From: Chthonomonadales bacterium
Lineage (GTDB): Bacteria; Armatimonadota; Chthonomonadetes; Chthonomonadales; Chthonomonadaceae
Length of the DNA: 27,832 nucleotides
NCBI GenBank assembly: GCA_038217285.1
Contig: JBBQPO010000047.1
Location: 1 to 27,832, forward strand
Direction of reading: 5' to 3'
Shown here: piece by piece, positions 16,767 through 25,515 of the stretch
How positions within the stretch are numbered: the stretch's first letter is position 1
Layout of the letters: every line of letters starts with the position of its first letter
Notes under the pieces: generated by a model
The model's input: only the letters and a program-made list of their open reading frames with translations
What the model was told of the DNA's origin: nothing
Database searches by the model: none
Made by a program: the position numbers and the translations under genes

Positions 16767-17975
16767 TCAGTAGCGATCCGGAAGGCACATGTGTGGAAAG
16801 CGAAGTGGGAAGAGAATTGCCAGCAGTCTAGCAGTCTCCGCGTTCGGAGTCTGGGGCAGACGAGCAACAAGGTCGTCTGTTGGGAAAGCGCCTAGAGCCA
16901 GTCGCGCCAGTTCTGTTTGCGGCATCGCTATCCGCAACACATTTCCGAACGTGTTTTCGGTGCCTGTTTCTACGGTGACAGCATCCGGAGTGATGTGAAG
17001 CGTTGCGTCGCCCAGATCTGTTTCGAAAACGAGTGCACCGACAAACGGAGAGTGTGCGGCGTGGAGACGTGCCTGTAGTTCGGAGGCGAGCGCATGCAGC
17101 AGACGGGTTACGTCGAGGACGCGGGCCATCGAGTCACCGGAGGCGCTGAAGTTCTGCATAAACCGGGCCTCCTGACGCATGGCGGCTACGGCAAGGGCGC
17201 CCTCGGGTGGGAAGGCCAGAACGACCTGTTTCACTTTGCGCTGCTCTGCCTCGGCCTGTGCCCACTGCCGGCAGGCGGCGAGTGCTGCATCGGCGGCTAT
17301 CGGGTCGTCCGCCATCACCTCTCCCAGAACCAGTGCGTCCTTGAAATCCGTTTCCAGTTTGTGCTTCACATACCAGCACCACCGCGCCCGCCACACGTAG
17401 CCGTGCAGCGTTCCCTCTGGCCCAATCACCACATGGCAGGCGTCGCGTTCACCCTCCTCGGATTCTGCTGTGAAATGCGACCAGACCCCGCCCTGTGCGG
17501 GTCGTACAGCGACTCCGACCGACTGCGTAGTACACTGTGCATAGAGGGCCTGCATCGCCGGAAGGTCCGAGGCGACAAAGTCACGCACAGTCCAACCGGT
17601 CGGCAGGACGTTGTCACGCTCCAGGTTGGTTAGAAGGACGAGATAGTCCGGCCCGGCGGTAGCGTATCCGAACTTCGGGTAGAAGTCGGAGATGCCGTAG
17701 AGCATGGAGAGCGCGCCTTCTCCCGCGCGCATGTGGGTGACGGCGGCCTCCAGAACACGACGCGAGTAGCCACGACGCCGATGATGGGCGTCCGTCCCTA
17801 CCCCGCCGATGCCGTCCATACGCACGGTCGCCGCGCCGATACGCAGCGTAAAGGGGATGATCGAGAGCCAACTGACCTTGCGTCCGCCTACCATGAGGTT
17901 CACAGAGGTCCCGCCGCTGTCCGAGTCGGTGCGAATGACGATTTCGGAGGATTCACTCGTTGTTGTGCCAGGCAT
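16767..17975 (-). CDS. Eis-like GNAT N-acetyltransferase (tandem GNAT plus SCP2-like C-terminal domain)
   Basis: GIGGVGTDAHHRRRGYS (motif A), SMLYGISDFYPKFGY, second GNAT-like region, MARVLDV..., LARLALG C-terminal domain. AAGGAG SD adjoining the pgm stop. Confidence 0.8.
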   Translation of the reverse strand: MPGTTTSESSEIVIRTDSDSGGTSVNLMVGGRKVSWLSIIPFTLRIGAATVRMDGIGGVGTDAHHRRRGYSRRVLEAAVTHMRAGEGALSMLYGISDFYPKFGYATAGPDYLVLLTNLERDNVLPTGWTVRDFVASDLPAMQALYAQCTTQSVGVAVRPAQGGVWSHFTAESEEGERDACHVVIGPEGTLHGYVWRARWCWYVKHKLETDFKDALVLGEVMADDPIAADAALAACRQWAQAEAEQRKVKQVVLAFPPEGALAVAAMRQEARFMQNFSASGDSMARVLDVTRLLHALASELQARLHAAHSPFVGALVFETDLGDATLHITPDAVTVETGTENTFGNVLRIAMPQTELARLALGAFPTDDLVARLPQTPNAETARLLAILFPLRFPHMCLPDRY

Positions 17976-17986
17976 CGAAACTCTCC

Positions 17987-19642
17987 TTAACCTCTGGTGG
18001 CTCCAGCGAGGGCATCGCTGACGATGGTCTGGGCCTCTTCCTGGATGCGCTTGAGGTGATCCTCGCCCTGAAAGCTCTCGGCATAGATCTTATAGATGTT
18101 CTCGGTGCCGGAGGGACGGGCCGCAAACCAGCCGCTGGCCGTCTCTACCTTGAGGCCACCGATGGGAGCGCCGTTCGAGGGCGCGGTGGTCAGGATCTTC
18201 TCGATCTTTTCGCCGGCAAGCTCGGTAGAGCGCACCTGATCCGGAGAGAGCTTCGCCAGAATCGCCTTCTGCTCCGGCGTGGCGGGCGCTTCGATACGGT
18301 CGTAGACAGGATCGCCCAGTTCGGCGGTGAGGCCCGCGTAGACCTGACCAGGATCCTGGCCAAGACGCGCCTTGATCTCTGCGGCGAGCAGCACCATGAT
18401 AAGGCCGTCTTTGTCGGTCGACCAGGCCGAGCCATCCTTGCGAACGAAGGACGCCCCGGCGCTCTCTTCCCCGCCGAAGCCCAACGAGCCGTCCAGCAGC
18501 CCGTCCACAAACCACTTGAAGCCAACGGGAACCTCGGTGAGTTTCCGACCGACTTTCGCGGTCACGCGGTCGATCATCCGGCTGCTGACGAGGGTCTTGC
18601 CGACCGCCGCGACAGGGCTCCAGCCGGGCCGATGCTGGAACAGGTAGTAGATGGCGACGGCCAGATAGTGGTTCGGCGGCAGCAGGCCGCCGCTTGGGGT
18701 GACGATGCCGTGCCGGTCGTGGTCGGGGTCGCAGGCTCCAGCGACATCGAAGCGGTCCTTCAGGCCGATCAGGCTCTGCATCGCGTAGGAAGAGGACGGG
18801 TCCATACGAATCTTGCCGTCCCAGTCCACCGACATAAAGCGGAAGGTAGGATCGACGCCGGTGTTGACCACGGTCAGGTTGAGACCATAACGCTCGGCGA
18901 TCGGTCCCCAGTAGTGCACCCCAGCCCCGCCCAGCGGATCGACGCCCAGCCGGACATTCGCGCCTCGCAGAACCTCCATGTCGATCACGTTGCCGAGATC
19001 GGCGGTGTAGGCATCGATGAAGTTGTGGCGCTGCGTGGTGGGCGCCCGCAGCGCCTTCTCCACGGAGATTCGTTTGACGTCACGCAGGCCGTTGGCGAGA
19101 AACTCGTTCGCCTTCGTCTCGATCCATTTGGTGATCGAGGTGTCCGCCGGCCCCGCGCTTGGCGGATTGTATTTGAATCCTCCATCCTGTGGCGGGTTGT
19201 GCGAGGGCGTGATCACAATGCCGTCGGCGAGCCCGATCGTGCGCCCCCGGTTGTGGGTGAGAATGGCGTGGGAGATCGCCGGGGTCGGCGTGTACTCATC
19301 GTTCGGCGCGATCCTCACATCGACCTCGTTCGCGGCCAGCACCTCCAGCGCCGTGGCCAGGGCCGGCGTGGAGAGCGCATGGGTGTCCATACCCAGATAG
19401 AGTGGCCCGTCGATCCCCTGCTGTTCTCGGTAGAGACAGATGGCCTGACTTATCGCCAGGATATGCTTCTCATTGAAGGACCTCTCGAAGGCGGATCCGC
19501 GATGCCCGGAGGTGCCGAAGGCCACCCGCTGCGCCGGGACAGCCGGGTCTGGTGATTCGGTATAGTAAGCGGTGATCAGCGCAGGGATATTGACCAGCAT
19601 GGCCTCTGGGGCCGGCTTGCCGGCAAGCGGACTCACATTCAT
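17987..19642 (-). CDS. pgm: Phosphoglucomutase (alpha-D-glucose-1,6-bisphosphate dependent)
   Basis: [15 protein letters not shown] (phosphoserine), DPDHDRH (metal loop), [20 protein letters not shown]. Confidence 0.97.
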   Translation of the reverse strand: MNVSPLAGKPAPEAMLVNIPALITAYYTESPDPAVPAQRVAFGTSGHRGSAFERSFNEKHILAISQAICLYREQQGIDGPLYLGMDTHALSTPALATALEVLAANEVDVRIAPNDEYTPTPAISHAILTHNRGRTIGLADGIVITPSHNPPQDGGFKYNPPSAGPADTSITKWIETKANEFLANGLRDVKRISVEKALRAPTTQRHNFIDAYTADLGNVIDMEVLRGANVRLGVDPLGGAGVHYWGPIAERYGLNLTVVNTGVDPTFRFMSVDWDGKIRMDPSSSYAMQSLIGLKDRFDVAGACDPDHDRHGIVTPSGGLLPPNHYLAVAIYYLFQHRPGWSPVAAVGKTLVSSRMIDRVTAKVGRKLTEVPVGFKWFVDGLLDGSLGFGGEESAGASFVRKDGSAWSTDKDGLIMVLLAAEIKARLGQDPGQVYAGLTAELGDPVYDRIEAPATPEQKAILAKLSPDQVRSTELAGEKIEKILTTAPSNGAPIGGLKVETASGWFAARPSGTENIYKIYAESFQGEDHLKRIQEEAQTIVSDALAGATRG

Positions 19643-19668
19643 AATGACTTTCCTTTTCTAAAAGCAAC

Positions 19669-20469
19669 CTACCCGTTCAGGAACTGTTTCAGGAACGCGA
19701 CGCTCTTGGGCAGCGCCTGCTCGGCTGGCCCAGAGAGGCCGCACTCAAAGGCCATATAGCCCGTAAAACCGATCTCTTTGAGCGCCGTCATGATCGCGCC
19801 GAAGTCGATATCGCCGCTGCCGGGCTCCTGGCGCGTGTTGTCGGCCAGATGGACATGACCGATACAGTCCGCAACGTCGCGCAGGGTCGCGGGGCTGTTG
19901 GTCTCTTCGATGTGCATGTGAAACACATCCGACATCAGACGGACGCTCTTGCTGTTGAGGGCGCGCACGATCACCGCTCCGTCGCGCTGTTTGGGCAGAC
20001 TGTTGGACTCGTAGCGGTTCAAGGGCTCCAGCAGGATAGCGGCCCCCACCTGTTCGGCATGCGGAATCACGGTTTGCAGCATCGCCAGCAGCAGTTCCTT
20101 TTCCGCCTCCGCGCGCGACTTCCAGGGCGACATATCGGGCACACGGTCGTTCGCATTGAAGATCGGGACCGTGATCGGTCCGACCGCACCCAGTTCGGCG
20201 GCGTAGTCGAGATGCCGCTTCAACGCATCCACGCAGATCTGGCGACGGGCGCGGTCGGCATGCACCAGTTCCGCCGGGTGACCGCCACAGATCGACGAGG
20301 CGCGCACCGGGCTGTCCCGCAACACCTCACGGCGCTCCGCCAACTTCGCCGCATCGTTCAGATGACCGCCATTCAACTCCACGCCTACAAAACCATAGCG
20401 CTCCAGATTTTTGACCTTCTCGGCGAACGTCTCACCGGGAACCAGCCCTTCCTGACAGGACAGTTTCAT
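19669..20469 (-). CDS. Sugar phosphate isomerase/epimerase family (AP endonuclease 2 / xylose-isomerase-like TIM barrel)
   Basis: LEPLNRYE, DVFHMHIEE, HVHLADN.R.EPGSG.IDF, GFTGYMAFEC metal-ligand pattern. GAAGGAG SD before ATG 20469. Confidence 0.88.
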   Translation of the reverse strand: MKLSCQEGLVPGETFAEKVKNLERYGFVGVELNGGHLNDAAKLAERREVLRDSPVRASSICGGHPAELVHADRARRQICVDALKRHLDYAAELGAVGPITVPIFNANDRVPDMSPWKSRAEAEKELLLAMLQTVIPHAEQVGAAILLEPLNRYESNSLPKQRDGAVIVRALNSKSVRLMSDVFHMHIEETNSPATLRDVADCIGHVHLADNTRQEPGSGDIDFGAIMTALKEIGFTGYMAFECGLSGPAEQALPKSVAFLKQFLNG

Positions 20470-20497
20470 ATTGTAAGTTCTCCTTCGAAGGTTGAAT

Positions 20498-21811
20498 TCA
20501 GTCTCGGACAGCGGCGGAGACCATCTCCAAGACACGGCGCAGGCCATCGTCGCCGCCTCGGCTGCCTTCGTTGAAGGGGGTGCCGGGGATCGGTTTCCAG
20601 TTGTCGCGGGAGGTGTCCGGGGTGAAGGTCAACGGAATGCCCGCCAGCGCCGGATCGTACTGGCCGTTGTTGCCGCCCATTTTGTAAATCACCAGATCAA
20701 GCGAGGGCACGACGAAGATACCGAAGCCGCCCGCGCCCGATTTGTAGTAGGCGTCTCGCGGCGCGCCCGCCACATGCCCGTCCGAGTTGTTCTCGAACAT
20801 CAGACTGAACGGCGTATGCACATTGTAGGGGAGCGGCTTGTTGCATTTCGCCACGTAGTCCGCAGGTACCAACTGCTTGTCCCCCCATCGCCCCTCGTGC
20901 AGCAGGCAGTAGCCAAAGCGCATGGCGTCGGTGGCATGCACCGCCGTGCTCCCCGCGCCGTTGGCGTGGGGCATCGTATAGTCGCCGCGATGGAGGCAGT
21001 AGCCCCACGGCCCCCAGCCCATCGGTTTGGCAAGGCGCGCATCGATGTAGTCCTGCAGCTCCATTCCGGTGACATGCCTCAGAACGATGGAGGCGATGTG
21101 TGGCTCGGGAGAGGAGTAGGAGTAGCCGCCGCCCGGATCTGTCCAGAGCGGCGTTCGGAGCGAGGACTGGTCGAGATTGCGAATATCCTGACCGGGCACT
21201 GGCGATAGGCCGACGACCTGACCATGCACCACGCCAGGACTGCCACCCTCCCCATGGTAGCCCCCAGACATGCAGAGCAGTTGCCCGAGCGTGATGTCGG
21301 CTTTACGGGGATCGTCGAGCGGAAACGCTTCAGGAAGATATTTCTGCGTGAAGACCTTCGTATCGAGCCCCTCCGGGATCGCGCTGTGAAACTCCTGCAG
21401 CATGATACCGCAGGCGATGCTCGTATAGGCCTTACCGGTAGAGGCCATATCGGGATTGGCGTTGCGATCGGCGCGCCCAAAATACTTCTCGTAGACGAGA
21501 TAGCCATGCCTCACCACGACCAACCCACCGTTCTGGGTGCACCGCTGGGTGAAGTCGTAGGCCTGGTCCAGGCGGGCAAGATCCATACCGGCCAGCTTCC
21601 GGACGGAGGCCGCATCCTTGAGCGTGCGCCAGCCGCCTTTGCTGTCCGGAGGCGGAAAATAGTCGCCGGGTTTTGCTGTCGCGAGCCGCGGGAGGAGCAC
21701 CACCAGCAACGCGGCGCCAAGCAGCGTTATCAGGGGCAGGAACCTGCAGGCGTTACGGTGTCTGCAATACCGGAGCGCGCGGCGCGTAACGAAACCATTC
21801 GGATCAATCAT
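20498..21811 (-). CDS. Secreted serine hydrolase, beta-lactamase-related (class C-like) family
   Basis: MASTGK (SxxK), ITLGQLLCMSGG, PG..YSYSS (YxS), ARLAKPMG, YKSGAGG. Hydrophobic signal region. GAGG SD before ATG 21811, although the start is uncertain. Confidence 0.8.
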   Translation of the reverse strand: MIDPNGFVTRRALRYCRHRNACRFLPLITLLGAALLVVLLPRLATAKPGDYFPPPDSKGGWRTLKDAASVRKLAGMDLARLDQAYDFTQRCTQNGGLVVVRHGYLVYEKYFGRADRNANPDMASTGKAYTSIACGIMLQEFHSAIPEGLDTKVFTQKYLPEAFPLDDPRKADITLGQLLCMSGGYHGEGGSPGVVHGQVVGLSPVPGQDIRNLDQSSLRTPLWTDPGGGYSYSSPEPHIASIVLRHVTGMELQDYIDARLAKPMGWGPWGYCLHRGDYTMPHANGAGSTAVHATDAMRFGYCLLHEGRWGDKQLVPADYVAKCNKPLPYNVHTPFSLMFENNSDGHVAGAPRDAYYKSGAGGFGIFVVPSLDLVIYKMGGNNGQYDPALAGIPLTFTPDTSRDNWKPIPGTPFNEGSRGGDDGLRRVLEMVSAAVRD

Positions 21812-21949
21812 CGTGGGATACCTCGTGCAGCCCCAACGTCGGGACTGGAAATTCGTAGTCCAGGCGCCATCTACCGCAGTGCGCACCATGCAAGCCTTTG
21901 CAGGGTCGCCTACGGGCGGTGACTTCTCTCCCGGATACACGCTCCTTAT

Positions 21950-21976
21950 GTTCACCGTTGGTAGCGCCAATCCTCC
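21950..21976 (-). promoter_or_regulatory. Putative sigmaH-like promoter for the serine hydrolase-TIM barrel-pgm-GNAT operon
   Basis: Minus strand GGAGGATTG-N11-GGTGAAC. Confidence 0.45.
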
Positions 21977-22064
21977 CCGAAATCTCAAGACGCTTTTCGA
22001 ATTCCGGAAGCGGCGTTCCGAACGAAAAACTCCGAACCCGGCACGAAAAACCGGTACGTTGCGG

Positions 22065-22070
22065 TAAAAT
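22065..22070 (+). promoter_or_regulatory. sigma70-type -10 box TAAAAT positioned for a leaderless transcript
   Basis: TAAAAT followed by 6 nt then ATG 22077. No SD sequence is present. Confidence 0.5.
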
Positions 22071-22076
22071 AAGTGC

Positions 22077-22625
22077 ATGGCACAAAATAGTTCACCTTCT
22101 GTAGCACAAGTTGCTCCTCCATTCGTCAGCACACATCACTGGCAAAAGAGCCGGCCTCATATTATGATCATTGCCTGCTCGGATGGTCGTTATCAGTTGA
22201 GCCTGGACGAGTTTCTGACGAATCATCTCGGGATCACGCACTATGATCGCCTCTACGCGCCCGGCGGACCGGGGGCCATGGCGCCCAGCACGTTCTCCTA
22301 TTTCCGCGGCGAGCAGTTTCGTCAGGAGTCGGCGTTCCTCATCGACGCGCACGGGCTCGAAGAGATCATTTTTATCTTCCACGGACCGGTCGATCAGCAA
22401 GGCCCCCACGAGGCGACCTGTGCCGACTACCGGCGCAAAATGCACAGCGCCCGCACCCTGGAGATCTATCGGCAGCAGGAGACAGATCTGCAGGAGGCGG
22501 CTAAAGCGGTCCTGAAGGCCAACCAGGACATTCGGATGCGCGCCTTCCGCGCAGAAGTCCAGGCAGACCTGCATGTCCAGTTCGTTCCCCTTACAATCGC
22601 CCCCAAAGAAAGTCTGATCGGCTGA
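22077..22625 (+). CDS. Divergent beta-carbonic-anhydrase-like protein
   Basis: IIACSDGR (CxDxR), D.LYAPGG, H...IIFIFHG...CADY. The His-Cys spacing is non-canonical. Confidence 0.6.
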   Translation: MAQNSSPSVAQVAPPFVSTHHWQKSRPHIMIIACSDGRYQLSLDEFLTNHLGITHYDRLYAPGGPGAMAPSTFSYFRGEQFRQESAFLIDAHGLEEIIFIFHGPVDQQGPHEATCADYRRKMHSARTLEIYRQQETDLQEAAKAVLKANQDIRMRAFRAEVQADLHVQFVPLTIAPKESLIG

Positions 22626-22639
22626 GGAGAGTTCATCCC

Positions 22640-25441
22640 ATGCATCTTCGCTCAATCGGTTGCCTGTTCTTCGCAGCCCTGACTCTGGCGCCTGCCTCTC
22701 TGTCGGCGGAGCCCACGCCCCTCCACAAAGCCAACTACGATCTCGCCGCGAAATGGACATCCCAGAAGGTCTCCAAGCGGCTCTTCGATACGTCGGTAGC
22801 GCCGCACTGGCTCGACAGCGGGGACCGTTTCTGGTACACCTACGCGACCAGCCAGGGACGCAAGTACTGGCTGGTGGACTGTAGGGCTAAAACCAAAAAA
22901 CCTCTGTTCGACGGCGCGCGCATGGCCGCGATGCTGACTCGAATCACGCTCTCCCCTTATGACGCGCAGCATCTGCCCATTCGCACCGTTAAGTTCATCA
23001 AAAAAGACACTGCGCTGCTCTTCGAGATCGACCTGTCGAAGGACGCGATCGTGCGCGTCGGCGATCAGTTCAAAACGGTCCAGGAGATCAGCGACGAGGC
23101 CGTCAAGTCCGACGATATGCAGGACAAAAGTAAAGAGAAGCAGACCGACAAAAACATCGACAAGCAACAGGGCAAGACCGATACCAAAACGGACGTCAAG
23201 ACGGACAAAGGGACCGACCATAAAACGGACGGCGACACCGGCGGCAAGACCGACACGAAGACGACCCTTGGAACCGGTAAGACGAACACCCAGACTGGCG
23301 GGAAGACGCAGGCAGGCGACGCGGCCTCCACGACCAAAACGCTGTTCTTCGAGTACGACCTGAAGACCGATCAGCTCACGCTCCTGCCGACGTTCAAAGC
23401 GCCCCCGAAGAAGATGCTCTGGGCGAGCGCCTCACCGGACGAAAAAACGGTGGTCTTCGCCCGCGGCCACAATCTGTTTCTGATGGATGCTGCCAACTAT
23501 GCCCTGGCTCAGAAAAAGGCGGACGACAAGGCCATCAAGGAGACCCAGCTTACCACTGACGGCGAACTGTACGACAGCTATGCCCGCACCCTCAAGGAAG
23601 AGAACAAGAAGGTCTACCAGACGCAGGAGAAGGATCGTAAGGACTATCGGGCCCCCGCGATCGGTATCGCGTGGTCTAAGGACTCGAAGAAGTTTGCGGT
23701 GGAGCGCGAGGACGAGCGCAAGGTGGGCGATCTCTGGGTGATCAATTCGCTGTCTCAGCCGCGCCCGACCCTGGAGACCTATCGCTACGGCATGCCCGGC
23801 GAGGAGAACCAGCCCCAGGCCGAGCTGCGGATCTGCGATGTCGCCGCGCGCACCTGGGTCAAGGTGAAAGCGGATAAGTTCAAAGATCAGACGGTTGGGA
23901 TCGCGTCGGATCGTGTTCTTTCCACCGAGCGTGAACAGGACAAAGTGGTCGACAAGTGGCTGAGCGATACCTCCGACAAGCTCTACTTCGAGCGCGCGAG
24001 CCGCGACCGTCATAAGCTCGATGTCTGCGTGGCCGACACCGCGACGGGTGAGGTGAAGACCCTCATCGAGGAGCGCCTGAACACCTACATCGACACCCAG
24101 TCGCTGCGCCTGGTCAACGGGGGTAAGGAGATGCTGTTCTGGTCTGAGCGGGACGGCTGGGGGCACTACTATCTGTACGATGCCGATGGCAAGCTGGAGA
24201 ATCAGGTCACCTCCGGCGAGTTCACCTGCGAAGGCATCGCAAGCATAGACTCCAAAAGTCGGACGCTCACCTTCAACGCCTGCGGCAGGGAACCGGACGA
24301 AGACCCCTACTTCACGCACCTCTACCGTGTGCGACTGGATGGCAAGGACCTGAAGCTCGTCGATCTAGGCGCCGCGAACCACGCCACGGCAATGAACGAC
24401 GATGCTCGCTACTTCGTGGACAACGTCAGCCGGGCCGACGCCGCGCCCCATTCCGACCTGCGCGATGCCAACGGCGCTCTGGTGGCCGATCTGGAGACCA
24501 CCGACTTGAGCGCTCTGCTCGACAACGGATTCAAGTTCCCCGAGCCGTTCAAAGTGAAAGCCGACGACGGCATCACCGATCTGTACGGTGTGATGTACAA
24601 GCCTTTCGACTTCGACCCCAACAAGCGCTATCCGGTGATCGAATATGTCTATCCCGGCCCGCAGACCGAGTCGGTTTCCAAAGTCTTCTCGCCCCGAAAT
24701 CCGAACGTGGCGTTGGCGCAGATGGGCTTTATTGTGCTGGAGGTCGGAAACCGGGGCGGCAGTCCGCAGCGCTCGAAGTGGTACCACAACTTCGGCTACG
24801 GCAATCTGCGCGACTACGGTCTGGCGGATAAGAAGCATGCCGTCGAGGAGCTGGCGCTCAAGTATCCGTGGCTGGATACGGATCGTGTCGGCATCTACGG
24901 CCATTCCGGCGGCGGATTTATGTCTGCGGCCGCGATTCTCGTCTACCCGGACTTCTACAAGGTCGCCTTTTCGGAATCGGGCAATCACGAGAACAACATC
25001 TACAACCGCTGGTGGAGCGAATCGCATCACGGGGTCAAGGAGAACACCGATAAGGACGGCAAGACCACCTTCGCCTACGACATCGACAAGAACTCCGATA
25101 TCGCCAAAAACCTCAAAGGGCATCTGATGCTGGTCACAGGCGACATCGACGACAACGTGCATCCCGCCAATACGGTGCGTCTCGCCAACGCGCTCATCCG
25201 CGCCAACAAGCGTTTCGACTACTTCCAGTTCCCCGGTCAGCGGCACGGTTACGGCGACATGAGCGAATACTGTTTCTGGATGCGGGCCGACTACTTCTGC
25301 AAGTACCTTCTCGGCGACAGTCCGTCCGGCTCCGATATCCTGCAACTCGACCGCGAACAGCCCCAGACCGGCGACAGGCGCGTCCGCAGCCCGGACACGC
25401 CCGATGTCGAAGCGCAAAATGGGGAAGAAGAGATCGAATAA
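22640..25441 (+). CDS. Secreted S9 family peptidase (dipeptidyl-peptidase IV-like, beta-propeller plus alpha/beta hydrolase)
   Basis: Signal peptide, WSERDGWGHYYLY, YPGPQ, GIYGHSGGG (catalytic Ser), DDNVHP (Asp), QRHG (His). GAGGAG SD. Confidence 0.92.
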   Translation: MHLRSIGCLFFAALTLAPASLSAEPTPLHKANYDLAAKWTSQKVSKRLFDTSVAPHWLDSGDRFWYTYATSQGRKYWLVDCRAKTKKPLFDGARMAAMLTRITLSPYDAQHLPIRTVKFIKKDTALLFEIDLSKDAIVRVGDQFKTVQEISDEAVKSDDMQDKSKEKQTDKNIDKQQGKTDTKTDVKTDKGTDHKTDGDTGGKTDTKTTLGTGKTNTQTGGKTQAGDAASTTKTLFFEYDLKTDQLTLLPTFKAPPKKMLWASASPDEKTVVFARGHNLFLMDAANYALAQKKADDKAIKETQLTTDGELYDSYARTLKEENKKVYQTQEKDRKDYRAPAIGIAWSKDSKKFAVEREDERKVGDLWVINSLSQPRPTLETYRYGMPGEENQPQAELRICDVAARTWVKVKADKFKDQTVGIASDRVLSTEREQDKVVDKWLSDTSDKLYFERASRDRHKLDVCVADTATGEVKTLIEERLNTYIDTQSLRLVNGGKEMLFWSERDGWGHYYLYDADGKLENQVTSGEFTCEGIASIDSKSRTLTFNACGREPDEDPYFTHLYRVRLDGKDLKLVDLGAANHATAMNDDARYFVDNVSRADAAPHSDLRDANGALVADLETTDLSALLDNGFKFPEPFKVKADDGITDLYGVMYKPFDFDPNKRYPVIEYVYPGPQTESVSKVFSPRNPNVALAQMGFIVLEVGNRGGSPQRSKWYHNFGYGNLRDYGLADKKHAVEELALKYPWLDTDRVGIYGHSGGGFMSAAAILVYPDFYKVAFSESGNHENNIYNRWWSESHHGVKENTDKDGKTTFAYDIDKNSDIAKNLKGHLMLVTGDIDDNVHPANTVRLANALIRANKRFDYFQFPGQRHGYGDMSEYCFWMRADYFCKYLLGDSPSGSDILQLDREQPQTGDRRVRSPDTPDVEAQNGEEEIE
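23174..23269 (+). repeat. Degenerate 12-nt coding tandem repeat (K-T-D-x tetrapeptide) inside the S9 peptidase
   Basis: AAGACCGATACC AAAACGGACGTC AAGACGGACAAA GGGACCGACCAT AAAACGGACGGC GACACCGGCGGC AAGACCGACACG AAGACGACCCTT. Confidence 0.7.
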
Positions 25442-25515
25442 GTGAAGGCGTTCAGGCGATCCGTTAACCCGTTGATCAGATCCATCCTCAGATCGCCGCC
25501 GTTGCCTCTCGCACT

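Noticed and set aside
16767-21811. Antibiotic-resistance cluster (beta-lactamase plus Eis aminoglycoside acetyltransferase)
   Set aside because: Only fold-level similarity is seen. The motifs deviate from AmpC, the context is housekeeping (pgm), and no mobilisation genes are adjacent.
2687-22132. Extended N-termini in the ORF track (starts 2687, 3328, 8200, 8163, 11900, 20547, 22132)
   Set aside because: Downstream starts have SD sequences and put signal peptides at the N-terminus. The extensions run through promoters, repeats or neighbouring genes.
25442-25515. GGCGATC...GATCGCC inverted repeat between the S9 peptidase and metallophosphoesterase stops
   Set aside because: Only 7 bp with a long loop and no U-tract, which is plausible by chance in GC-rich DNA.
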